Origin: a virus
Lineage: Duplodnaviria; Caudoviricetes
Strand: one strand, 5' to 3'
Length of the DNA stretch: 54,687 nt
Virus record (IMG/VR): IMGVR_UViG_3300030117_001005
Coordinates: 1-54,687 of that record
The position numbers and the translations under genes are program-made. Shown here piece by piece: positions 25,516 to 33,853 of this stretch. The notes below the pieces were generated by a model, which made no database searches, had not been told where the DNA came from, and saw only the letters and a program-made list of their open reading frames with translations. Every line of letters starts with the position of its first letter. Positions within the stretch are counted from its first letter, which is position 1.

Positions 25516-25871
25516 GAGTAACATTAGAAAACGCAAAACGAGTAAGACTGGAAGCATTTGCGGCAGCCGTAGTAGCAACTCAAAAATATATTGACGAGGT
25601 GCTTAAAGGTGAAGATGCTTACACTTGTGGATTTGCTTGGGTCACAGTTGATCCTAAGCACAAGGGCAACACCAAGGAAGGAAGACAAGAAAGAAAAATC
25701 TTTGCTGCCCTGGATTTACAAAAAGATTGGACTGAGAAAAGATTTCAGTGGTGGAACCCAAGCAAGTGTTACTTCCAAAACATAGACTGTAAGGAACAGG
25801 GTGCTCTCGCTGCAGCCAAAGTTTTAAAGAGTTATGGTTTGGATGCTTGGATGGGGTCAAGGTTAGACTGA
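25512..25871 (+). CDS. Hypothetical protein (CGFAWV...SRLD family)
   Basis: AGGAG RBS, ATGA coupling. Confidence 0.65.
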   Translation: MRVTLENAKRVRLEAFAAAVVATQKYIDEVLKGEDAYTCGFAWVTVDPKHKGNTKEGRQERKIFAALDLQKDWTEKRFQWWNPSKCYFQNIDCKEQGALAAAKVLKSYGLDAWMGSRLD

Positions 25872-26023
25872 TGCCAAAGATATATCAGATCAACATCCAT
25901 GATAGAAGTGATAACCTCTTTGCTTTTTACTCTACTAAAAACAAGAACGAGGTTGATCGATTGGTCAAGAAATTTTTAAGAGTGAAAGGAGTATCAGTGG
26001 AGGTAAAGATAATAGGTGGGTGA
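25871..26023 (+). CDS. 50-aa hypothetical protein; missing from the ORF track
   Basis: TGATG coupling; MPKIYQINIHDRSDNLFAFYSTKNKNEVDRLVKKFLRVKGVSVEVKIIGG. Confidence 0.5.
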   Translation: MPKIYQINIHDRSDNLFAFYSTKNKNEVDRLVKKFLRVKGVSVEVKIIGG

Positions 26024-26130
26024 AGCTATAGCCTTAATAGCCTGGATTGCTTTTTTTGTCTGGGCTTACTATCAACTGTATGGGTGAGGCAATCTGCCAT
26101 ACTTGAAATGTAAATTACAACTTACAACTA

Positions 26131-26216
26131 TTACTTAAGGTATTACTTACAGTTAATTATAATTATGTTGTTATTAATATTATTATTAATATAACTTGTA
26201 GTATTACCTTAAGTAA
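26131..26216. repeat. AT-rich element B, same layout as element A (candidate origin or protein-binding site)
   Basis: Boxes at 26132, 26144, 26193 and 26205; perfect 12-bp terminal inverted repeat TTACTTAAGGTA/TACCTTAAGTAA; 38-bp AT core. Confidence 0.75.
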
Positions 26217-26219
26217 ATA

Positions 26220-26432
26220 ATGGAGGCCGTAGTGACAGAAGAAGAATTTAAGGTAGCATTAGCAACCATGAATGAAGAGACTGAAGAAGAAACTCTTCAA
26301 AGGGTGCTAGTAACAAATGTTGAATTGTTTGAAAGACTACTAGAACTCCACGAGTTCTTAGAAGAAAATGATTTAACTCAAAAGGATTTCCAGAAATGGA
26401 AAAAACAAAAGTATGAGAGGAACTACCATTGA
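26220..26432 (+). CDS. Hypothetical acidic protein
   Basis: 70-aa ORF; may instead start at the GTG after GGAGG. Confidence 0.55.
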   Translation: MEAVVTEEEFKVALATMNEETEEETLQRVLVTNVELFERLLELHEFLEENDLTQKDFQKWKKQKYERNYH

Positions 26433-26656
26433 CTATCTACATACCTGAGCCAACAACAATACTATTGATTGTGTTGTCTTTTCTCGCAGGGTTTCTGTAC
26501 AAAAGATACAGAGACAACGAGGATGTGGCTGATGCTTTTGATGAAGGGTTTGAGAAGGGGGCAGAAGCCGCAATCAACACTGTTAGTAGAGTAACAGGGA
26601 GGAATATTGCGGATGAATTATACGGAGAAGTTTTGGACAGACGATCCTCACGATGA
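26429..26656 (+). CDS. Small membrane protein
   Basis: N-terminal TM (ILLIVLSFLAGFLY), AFDEGFEKG. Confidence 0.55.
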   Translation: MTIYIPEPTTILLIVLSFLAGFLYKRYRDNEDVADAFDEGFEKGAEAAINTVSRVTGRNIADELYGEVLDRRSSR

Positions 26657-26685
26657 CGTATCTCATTGGATAGGAAGGATATAGA

Positions 26686-26871
26686 ATGAGACATTTAAAC
26701 TACGAGAAAGAAAAGGTTGTTGCTATACAACAATATATCATAGACCTACAAAAAGATATAAGTGACCTCGAATGGGAAGGAGAAAACAAGAAAGCAGACA
26801 ACCTCAAAAGAATATTGTCAGATGTTATAGAACAAAGAGACAAGGGGGAAGTATGGTATCCTATGTTTTAG
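26686..26871 (+). CDS. Hypothetical protein
   Basis: GGAAGGAT RBS. Confidence 0.55.
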   Translation: MRHLNYEKEKVVAIQQYIIDLQKDISDLEWEGENKKADNLKRILSDVIEQRDKGEVWYPMF

Positions 26872-26885
26872 ATGGAAGTAATGAC

Positions 26886-27056
26886 ATGGAAGTATATTTC
26901 CAGGATGAATTGCCACTTAATCACGAGCCTAGCTTAGACCATTGGGCAAAGATTATAGCAGAAGGTGAGATGGAGGACGGTGGTACTAACTGGGATTATG
27001 AATACGAAAGAGCATGGCACTCTTTGGATGCCGAATATAATTATAGTTATGTGTAA
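26886..27056 (+). CDS. Acidic hypothetical protein (start uncertain)
   Basis: In frame with track ORF 26772..27056; LPLNHEPSLDHWA...NWDYEYERAW. Confidence 0.5.
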   Translation: MEVYFQDELPLNHEPSLDHWAKIIAEGEMEDGGTNWDYEYERAWHSLDAEYNYSYV

Positions 27057-27067
27057 AGAAAGGACAA

Positions 27068-27325
27068 TTGATGCTTAAATTATTTTATACTCTACTCGTT
27101 ATTGAGTATGTTGTTGACGATCAAGATGTGTCAACCAGTGTTATTTTCCCAAGCGAACAAGGATGTTATGAGGCTATGGGTGATGGAGTAATGGATGATC
27201 TATATGATGTTATTGCTGATACTTACGGCAAAGAAATTATGATGTATTGTAAAAGAACACCGTTTACTTCTGGTGTGCAGTCCTACATAAAACCTAAGAT
27301 AAGACCTTACGAAAAAACAGATTAA
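27068..27325 (+). CDS. Small Cys-pair protein
   Basis: FYTLLVIEY, FPSEQGC, MMYC, KPKIRP. Confidence 0.6.
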   Translation: MMLKLFYTLLVIEYVVDDQDVSTSVIFPSEQGCYEAMGDGVMDDLYDVIADTYGKEIMMYCKRTPFTSGVQSYIKPKIRPYEKTD

Positions 27326-27337
27326 GGAAACAATGTA

Positions 27338-27511
27338 ATGATGTACATACTAATATGGATGCAGTTGTTTAGCACACAGTCGGTTGAGTACTACCAGTTA
27401 GGTAACTACGCCACACTGGAAGAGTGTCAGATTGAACTGAGCAAAGCAGCCAAGATGATAACACACAAGTCAGAGACAGTAGCTTGCCTAGAAGTAGAGG
27501 TACAACAATGA
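27338..27511 (+). CDS. Small Cys-pair protein; missing from the ORF track
   Basis: MMYILIWMQLFSTQSVEYYQLGNYATLEECQIELSKAAKMITHKSETVACLEVEVQQ; AAGGA RBS. Confidence 0.6.
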   Translation: MMYILIWMQLFSTQSVEYYQLGNYATLEECQIELSKAAKMITHKSETVACLEVEVQQ

Positions 27512-27711
27512 AGGGAAAAGCACCAAACGAATTGGCAGAGATAGAAGCCAAGAAAACTTTTGAAGGTTTCATCAAGTGGATGAAGACATCCTTCTACTGG
27601 ATCATGGCAATCTTAGTTATCCTAGCTTGGTGTAACTTTGGCACTGATACTGAGACAGGTAGCCAATACAACGGTGAAGTATACGCACCGATGAACATAG
27701 GGGAAAAATAA
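27508..27711 (+). CDS. aa3-type cytochrome c oxidase subunit IV-like membrane peptide (start revised)
   Basis: KKTFEGFIKWMKTSFYWIMAILVILAWCN aligns without gaps to the recalled Rhodobacter/Paracoccus subunit IV pattern TF.GF..(TM)..LA..N. Confidence 0.6.
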   Translation: MKGKAPNELAEIEAKKTFEGFIKWMKTSFYWIMAILVILAWCNFGTDTETGSQYNGEVYAPMNIGEK

Positions 27712-27714
27712 AAA

Positions 27715-27795
27715 ATGAAATTAACATTAACTGTTTTGTTTTTAATGTTTGTAGCAGCATCTCCATTTTTGTATATGCTCGTTGAGGGTATTTAA
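27715..27795 (+). CDS. 26-aa single-TM peptide
   Basis: MKLTLTVLFLMFVAASPFLYMLVEGI; AGGGG RBS. Confidence 0.45.
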   Translation: MKLTLTVLFLMFVAASPFLYMLVEGI

Positions 27796-27945
27796 ATGAG
27801 TGAGCAATACTGCACCACAAAAGGATTGGGGTGGGCATTTATTATCTGTTCGTTTTTAATCTTGGGTGTTCCTGTGCTGATGTGGTTAGCCTTGGAAGGG
27901 GCTGACTGGTATCAACGATTTGATTTAATGAACCCGATGTGGTGA
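27796..27945 (+). CDS. 49-aa single-TM protein
   Basis: MSEQYCTTKGLGWAFIICSFLILGVPVLMWLALEGADWYQRFDLMNPMW; GAGGG RBS. Confidence 0.55.
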   Translation: MSEQYCTTKGLGWAFIICSFLILGVPVLMWLALEGADWYQRFDLMNPMW

Positions 27946-28199
27946 AGTCAATGCAACCAAAGGGAGTACCTTGTCATATCCGTATCAAACATGCACCAAC
28001 AATAAAAAAACCAGGGAGGCAATGTAGATTATACGGAAAAACCTTTGACAGTATAGCTGAAGCTGCTAGATGTTTTAACATAAGTTATAGTTGGGCAGTG
28101 GAGCAAGTTAATAACGGATGGAATATGGAAGACTTCCCAAAGAAATCCAGAAGAAAGCTTTTAGAAAGGATTGATAATGAAAGCAGTAGTAAAGAATAA
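27939..28199 (+). CDS. NUMOD1-like / HTH DNA-binding protein
   Basis: GKTFDSIAEAARCFNIS. Confidence 0.55.
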   Translation: MVKSMQPKGVPCHIRIKHAPTIKKPGRQCRLYGKTFDSIAEAARCFNISYSWAVEQVNNGWNMEDFPKKSRRKLLERIDNESSSKE

Positions 28200-29775
28200 C
28201 GGAGAGATATCACATCAGCCGTGTCCGTATGAGGATTGTGCAAGCAGTGACGCATTTAGTTACAACATAAACCAGAAGGTTGGTCACTGTCATTCATGCG
28301 GTAGAGGCTACCCTGGATCACATAAAAAATTTGATTGGGCTGAAGCAACCTATCCACCGCCACCGCCAAAGGTGGACTTACACAAGACCAAGGTTATCAG
28401 TGGTAGGTTTGATGGTATACGAGGACTAAAAGAAAAGACTGCTAAACTTTTTAATATTCAAGTTCAGTACGGAGAAAATAACACCCCAGTAAGATACGCC
28501 TTTCAGTACCCTAATGGTGCTGTTAAGTATCGTGGTTATCACGAAAAACGTTTCTTCTGGAAGGGCAAAGGTCAGAACTCTTTATTTGGTCCTGATTTTA
28601 ACGCAGGATCTAGCAAACGTATTTACATAACTGAGGGTGAGTTTGATGCCGCCAGTTTGTACGAGGTTATGGACGGTGCTTACCCAGTTAAGTCTTTGCC
28701 AAGCGGATCGATGTCCGAAACTTTCATAAAAGAAAACCATAAATACTTAGACTCGTTTGAAACAGTGGTCTACGCAGGGGAATTGTCTGATGCAACAGGT
28801 AAAGCTGCAGCACAAAAACTTTATAACTTGATGCCAGAAAAGTTTTACTACGTTCCTATGTCCAAGTGGAAGGATGCCAACGAGTTCTTAATGAACGGTG
28901 ATGCTGAAGCTTTGAAGTGGGCAGCATTTAAACCCCAGAGATATTCCCCAGATAACTTTTTTGTTGGTGATCTAGCTATCAAAGAAGCAATAGAAACAGA
29001 GAACCCTTACGAGTACACCCCAACTGGACATACTGGCTTGGATGATAAGATGCGTGGTCTTGTTAAGGGTGGACTAACATTTATCAAAGCACTCAGAGGT
29101 CAAGGTAAGACTGAACTAGTCAGATACTTTGAAGTAGGATTGTTACGTCAAGGAACTAAGGTAGCAATGCTACACATGGAAGAGATGAAGGGTACAACCT
29201 ACAGAGGCATGGCAACCTACGAACTAGGTAAGAATGTCCGAACAAAAGAAGATGCTGAAGCAAACGGATTTACAGAACAACAAGTAATAGATGCCGCCCA
29301 AAAGTTAGGTGGTGGTGACAAGTCTGTTGTGTTCTACATGGAAGGTCATGACGATCCTATGATGGTTCTTGATTATGTAAGAACGTCAGCCACAGTTTAC
29401 GGTGCTGAGTACATCTTTATAGATCACGTTCAACGCCTAGCCTACCTGTCAAACTCTGGGGTGGATGCCGCCACTAGTACACTAACTACCATTGGTGCTA
29501 GGATGGCGCAGCTTGCAAAAGAGTTAAACATTGGTGTCGTATTTATCTCTCAAGTTAACGATGATGGACGAACTAAGTATGCATCTTCACTGGAAGAGGA
29601 AGCTATTATTTGTATCAAACTCAGTCGTAACGTTGAGTCAGAAGACGAAACTGAACGCAATACCACCCAGTTTATTATTGACAAGAACAGACCCTTTGCA
29701 AAGTTAGGTAACTCAGGTTCAGTATATTATGATCCAGATACTACAATACTTGAAGAGGTAGTATTCCAAGTATGA
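28177..29775 (+). CDS. Primase-helicase (T7 gp4-like)
   Basis: Zn finger CPYEDC..CHSC, TOPRIM ITEGEFDA, KDANE, Walker A RGQGKT, Walker B IFIDH, KNR. Confidence 0.92.
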   Translation: MKAVVKNNGEISHQPCPYEDCASSDAFSYNINQKVGHCHSCGRGYPGSHKKFDWAEATYPPPPPKVDLHKTKVISGRFDGIRGLKEKTAKLFNIQVQYGENNTPVRYAFQYPNGAVKYRGYHEKRFFWKGKGQNSLFGPDFNAGSSKRIYITEGEFDAASLYEVMDGAYPVKSLPSGSMSETFIKENHKYLDSFETVVYAGELSDATGKAAAQKLYNLMPEKFYYVPMSKWKDANEFLMNGDAEALKWAAFKPQRYSPDNFFVGDLAIKEAIETENPYEYTPTGHTGLDDKMRGLVKGGLTFIKALRGQGKTELVRYFEVGLLRQGTKVAMLHMEEMKGTTYRGMATYELGKNVRTKEDAEANGFTEQQVIDAAQKLGGGDKSVVFYMEGHDDPMMVLDYVRTSATVYGAEYIFIDHVQRLAYLSNSGVDAATSTLTTIGARMAQLAKELNIGVVFISQVNDDGRTKYASSLEEEAIICIKLSRNVESEDETERNTTQFIIDKNRPFAKLGNSGSVYYDPDTTILEEVVFQV

Positions 29776-31733
29776 GAATAGTTGTCAGTGATATAGAGAC
29801 TAACGGTCTTGAGGATAGTGACAAGCTATGGATTTGCGGTGGTAAAGATTTAAGCACTGGTAAAATAAAAAGGTTTGATAACTGCCATGAAGATCCAGTT
29901 GCTAAGGCTGAAGCTATTAAGTGGTATGAATCAGCAGACCTGATTGTTGGTCACAACTTTGTACAGTTTGATGCACCGATGCTAAACAAACTTTTAAAAC
30001 CAGGTATTATAGATCCAAGAAAGATTGTTGATACTGTTATTATAAGTAGGTTAGTTGATTACAACATAGCTATCCCAAAGGGTGCTCAGTATCCTCACAG
30101 CCTTAAGGCTTGGGGTATAAGATTAGGTAAACATAAAGGAGATTTTAATGATTTTTCTAGATACAGTGTTGAGATGGTTGACTACTGGTATCAAGACATC
30201 GAGGTTACAAGTTCTTTGTATGAGCATTTCCATGATATTATTTGGGATGCTGATTGGACTAAATCATTAAGAACAGAACACGATGTACAGATAGAACTGG
30301 TACGGACTCAGTACTACGGTTTTTGTTTTGACAAACCAAAGGCTGAGTTTCTTCTTAACTCAATACAAACAAAAATGAAAACTTTAGAAGAACAATTTCA
30401 AGTAGACTTCCCACCTAAACTTACGGAAGTAAACAGAATAAAGTACCGACTAAAGAAAGACGGAACTGAAATGTCTACCGTCACAAAAGCAAAACAAAAA
30501 TATGGTATGACACACATTGAAGGAGAAGATCTAATCTGTTCTGACTGGATTAGCTTCAACCCTGGATCAGTCAAAGATCGTATTGATGCACTGTGGGAAG
30601 CCAAGTGGAAACCAGTAGATAGAACAAAGACTGCTATAGAGTTTTCAAGAACTAAAGTTGGTGACCCTTGGAAGAAGTCAATTGCTTCTATGGATCAAGA
30701 ATTTTACGACAAAAAGAAAGCTCACTTGGATGTTTACGGATACACAGTTTCAGAGGCAAATCTTAGCACACTTCCTGACACAGCACCTACAGGAGCAAAA
30801 GCTCTAGCCCAGTGGTTGACACTTGAAGGTAGGCGTTCCTCACTGGTGGAGTGGCTAGGACAGTGTGGTGAAGATTTAAGGATACACGGTAGCATCAACA
30901 ACATTGGAGCATGGACAGGACGATGTTCTCACAAAGATCCTAACACTGCTAACATATCCTCTCCGTTTCATGGTGAAGCAAAGACTGCGGTAGAACAGGT
31001 AAAGAAACAATTTGATTTGCACTTACGTGCTTGTTGGACTGTACCATCAGGCTCTTGGTTAGTTGGTACGGATGCTGACGGTATTCAGCTGCGAGTGTTA
31101 GCAGATTATCTTTGGAGACATTTTGATGCCGATCAATATGCTCAAGCTATCATGACAGGAAAGAAAGAAAACGAAACAGATATCCATAACGTAAACAAGA
31201 AAGCTTTGAATGTTCCTAATGGTACAAGGGATATGGCAAAGACTTTTATTTATGCTTGGTTACTTGGAGCAGGGGTAGCAAAGACAGGACAGATACTTAA
31301 CGTAAGTATGATGGCGGCAACCCAAGCACGTACTCGTTTTGAAATGAGTATTGATGGTTTATATAATTTAAAGAACCAACTTGTACCCTACGTTGCAGAG
31401 CAAGGATATTTTACTGGGTATGATGGACGTAAAGTTCCAGTACCTAACGCACACAAAACCTTGGCAGGTATGCTACAAAATGGTGAAGCTTGTTTGATGA
31501 AGCACAGTCTACTCAAGTGGCACGACAAAGCTAGGAAAGAAGGTATTAACTTTAAGATGGTTGGTTTTATTCATGACGAATATCAAGTGGAGGTAACAGG
31601 AACAGAAGAAGAAGCTAAAAGGTTGGGTCAGATACAAGCTGACTGTATGTTAGAAACTGGGGAAGACTTAGGCTTTAAAATACCTACGCCAGGATCATAT
31701 GATATAGGAAAAAATTGGGCTGAAACCCATTGA
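29772..31733 (+). CDS. DNA polymerase family A (T7/Cobavirus-like)
   Basis: Exonuclease DIETNG, GHN..FD; motif A DADGIQLRVLA; motif B RDMAKTFIYAWLLG; motif C HDE. Confidence 0.95.
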   Translation: MRIVVSDIETNGLEDSDKLWICGGKDLSTGKIKRFDNCHEDPVAKAEAIKWYESADLIVGHNFVQFDAPMLNKLLKPGIIDPRKIVDTVIISRLVDYNIAIPKGAQYPHSLKAWGIRLGKHKGDFNDFSRYSVEMVDYWYQDIEVTSSLYEHFHDIIWDADWTKSLRTEHDVQIELVRTQYYGFCFDKPKAEFLLNSIQTKMKTLEEQFQVDFPPKLTEVNRIKYRLKKDGTEMSTVTKAKQKYGMTHIEGEDLICSDWISFNPGSVKDRIDALWEAKWKPVDRTKTAIEFSRTKVGDPWKKSIASMDQEFYDKKKAHLDVYGYTVSEANLSTLPDTAPTGAKALAQWLTLEGRRSSLVEWLGQCGEDLRIHGSINNIGAWTGRCSHKDPNTANISSPFHGEAKTAVEQVKKQFDLHLRACWTVPSGSWLVGTDADGIQLRVLADYLWRHFDADQYAQAIMTGKKENETDIHNVNKKALNVPNGTRDMAKTFIYAWLLGAGVAKTGQILNVSMMAATQARTRFEMSIDGLYNLKNQLVPYVAEQGYFTGYDGRKVPVPNAHKTLAGMLQNGEACLMKHSLLKWHDKARKEGINFKMVGFIHDEYQVEVTGTEEEAKRLGQIQADCMLETGEDLGFKIPTPGSYDIGKNWAETH

Positions 31734-31758
31734 CAACCTACTATCACAACACTATGTA
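31730..31758 (+). promoter_or_regulatory. Sigma70-like promoter for ssb
   Basis: TTGACA-N17-TATGTA. Confidence 0.55.
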
Positions 31759-31789
31759 TTACAGTATTAATGTTTAGAAGGAGGGCAAC

Positions 31790-32311
31790 ATGCCATCAAC
31801 ACAAATGGATATCAAGGGAACAATCGAGTGGGCAAAAGTATTTGAGTCCAACCGTGACCAAAACGAATGGAACACCGAAACAAACGGTGAATACAAAGTA
31901 ACTGTTATCACTGACAAGAAGACTGCTAAGGCTCTTGTTGATGCAGGGTGCAAGAAAAAGATTGAAGAAGTAGAAGGTGGTCACAAGATTACTGTGTCAC
32001 GTCCTCACACTGGCGCACAGGATTGGATGGGTGGATCACCTATCGTAGCCGATGTTACTGGTAAGTCTTGGGATCTTCAAGAAAAAGGTCTTATTGGTAA
32101 TGGTAGTAAGGGAATAGTTAAGGTTGAGGTGTACCCTACAAAGATGGGAACTGGTACACGACTAGTTGGACTTCAAGTCCTAGATCATGTGGTCTATGAA
32201 TCAGAAGGTGGTAACTCCCAACCACGTCAAATGTTTCAGGATCATTCAAAGAGTTCTGGAGGTTCTAAGTCTTCCTCCCAACAAGAACCACAGGACTCAA
32301 TACCCTTCTAG
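31790..32311 (+). CDS. ssb: Single-stranded DNA-binding protein (T7 gp2.5-like)
   Basis: WAKV, IGNGS...V.V, RLVGLQVLD, C-terminal DSIPF. Confidence 0.75.
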   Translation: MPSTQMDIKGTIEWAKVFESNRDQNEWNTETNGEYKVTVITDKKTAKALVDAGCKKKIEEVEGGHKITVSRPHTGAQDWMGGSPIVADVTGKSWDLQEKGLIGNGSKGIVKVEVYPTKMGTGTRLVGLQVLDHVVYESEGGNSQPRQMFQDHSKSSGGSKSSSQQEPQDSIPF

Positions 32312-32387
32312 GTTTTTCAATATCCTTTCTCCCTAGAAGAATTAGCCTCCACCCTTGTTTGTAAAGTTTCTTAGGGTGGGGGCTTTT
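32305..32387 (+). ncRNA. Two-hairpin 3' element of ssb: anti-SD loop hairpin plus terminator
   Basis: CTTCTAGG/CCTAGAAG stem with a loop containing ATATCCTTTCTC, then AGCCTCCACCCT/AGGGTGGGGGCT followed by T residues. Confidence 0.5.
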
Positions 32388-32407
32388 AAAAATAAAAAGG
32401 TAAGACT

Positions 32408-33274
32408 ATGAAAACTATAGACACACTCGTAAAAGACATGGAGGAAACCATCCAAGGATTAAACGGATGGGATCATATAATAAGTCTTAAGATGGGTGAT
32501 AGAATAGCTAAGGCAGCTACCCTAAGATTCAGAGCACCACAAAAACCAAGAAGATATTTGTCGTTCTCTTCTATCGGTAGTCCTTGCAAAAGAAAACTTT
32601 GGTATAAAATAAACGAACCTGCAGCGAGTAAACCTGCTTCTCCATCAGATTTACTTAAGTTCTTCTATGGCGATATGATTGAGGAATTAGTACTCTCTAT
32701 CGTTGAAGCGTCTGGTCACCGTGTTGAAGGACAACAGGATCGTTTAATCATCAATGACTTAGCAGGTCACAGGGATGCGGTTATTGATGGTATGACAGTG
32801 GATGTTAAGTCTGCCTCCCCTTACTCGTTCAAGAAGTTTGCTGAGGGTAGCTTAAGGGATAATGATCCTTTTGGTTATATCAGTCAGCTTAGTTCTTACG
32901 TGTATGCTGCTAGGACTGATCCACTGGTAAAGAACAAAACACACGGAGCTTTTCTTGTTGTTGATAAAGTAGGAGGAGACATATGCTTAGATGTGTATGA
33001 TTTTTCTGAAGAGATAGAACAAAAAGAAAAAGAAATAGAGCAAGCAAAGACAATGGTATCAGGTATTATTCCTGACAGGGGATACGAACCAGTTCCTCAA
33101 TCAGCAACAAGCCCCAACAAAAAACTTCATCCTTCTTGTGGGTGGTGTGAGTTTAATAAGAAGTGTTGGCCTGAGACAAGAAGGTTTGTTTATAAAACAG
33201 GTGATGTCTTGTTGGTTGACGTTGTTAAACCACCTAATGTTCCAGAAGACTTTACCTATCATGACCAAGAATAA
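32408..33274 (+). CDS. Cas4-like PD-(D/E)XK exonuclease
   Basis: SPCKRKLWY, GHRD..VDVKS, Y.SQL..Y, C-terminal CGWC..KKCW. Confidence 0.8.
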   Translation: MKTIDTLVKDMEETIQGLNGWDHIISLKMGDRIAKAATLRFRAPQKPRRYLSFSSIGSPCKRKLWYKINEPAASKPASPSDLLKFFYGDMIEELVLSIVEASGHRVEGQQDRLIINDLAGHRDAVIDGMTVDVKSASPYSFKKFAEGSLRDNDPFGYISQLSSYVYAARTDPLVKNKTHGAFLVVDKVGGDICLDVYDFSEEIEQKEKEIEQAKTMVSGIIPDRGYEPVPQSATSPNKKLHPSCGWCEFNKKCWPETRRFVYKTGDVLLVDVVKPPNVPEDFTYHDQE

Positions 33275-33656
33275 GTACAGAGCATCAGCAATAAAAGCAG
33301 GGTATCGCTCAGGTTTTGAGGATGATGTTGCCAGAGAACTACGCTCAAAAGATGTAGGGTTTGAATACGAAAAAAATAAGATCAAGTGGGTTGACATAAA
33401 GATCAGAACGTATACACCTGACTTCGTTTTAGACAACGGTATTATCATAGAAACAAAAGGACGTTTTGTTGCTAATGATAGACGTAAGCACAAAGAGATA
33501 GCAAAACAATTTCCTGAACTAGATATTCGTTTTGTTTTCCAGAACAGCAGAGCCAAACTTTATAAAGGTGCTAAGTCTTCCTACGGAGATTGGTGCAAGA
33601 AGTACGGCTTTCGATACGCAGAAAAATCTATTCCTGATGAATGGACAAAAGAATAG
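33261..33656 (+). CDS. Endonuclease I / Holliday junction resolvase (T7 gp3-like; start revised)
   Basis: YRSGFE, YTPDF, ETKGRF, DIRFVFQ, YGDWC. Confidence 0.9.
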   Translation: MTKNKYRASAIKAGYRSGFEDDVARELRSKDVGFEYEKNKIKWVDIKIRTYTPDFVLDNGIIIETKGRFVANDRRKHKEIAKQFPELDIRFVFQNSRAKLYKGAKSSYGDWCKKYGFRYAEKSIPDEWTKE

Positions 33657-33657
33657 A

Positions 33658-33686
33658 TTGACGTAAAAAATTTAGTCTATATAACT
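33658..33686 (+). promoter_or_regulatory. Sigma70-like promoter for the nucleotide-metabolism genes
   Basis: TTGACG-N16-TATAACT. Confidence 0.65.
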
Positions 33687-33697
33687 TGGAGGTTCTC

Positions 33698-33853
33698 GTG
33701 TTGTTTGAATTGACAATGCTATTGGATGTTGATCCTGAAGCAAACTTTATTGCTTCGGACAGTATAAAAAAGAGTCTTGAAGAAAGAATTCAGGACACCA
33801 TATATGATTTAGATGATGTTAAAATAATTGAGATAGATGCAAAGGAGAAGTAA
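33698..33853 (+). CDS. 51-aa acidic protein; missing from the ORF track
   Basis: GGAGG RBS plus GTG; MLFELTMLLDVDPEANFIASDSIKKSLEERIQDTIYDLDDVKIIEIDAKEK; TAATG coupling to the next gene. Confidence 0.55.
   Translation: MLFELTMLLDVDPEANFIASDSIKKSLEERIQDTIYDLDDVKIIEIDAKEK

Noticed and set aside
27796-27945. PufX-like assignment from KGLGWA
   Set aside because: Only a six-residue resemblance; the rest does not align.
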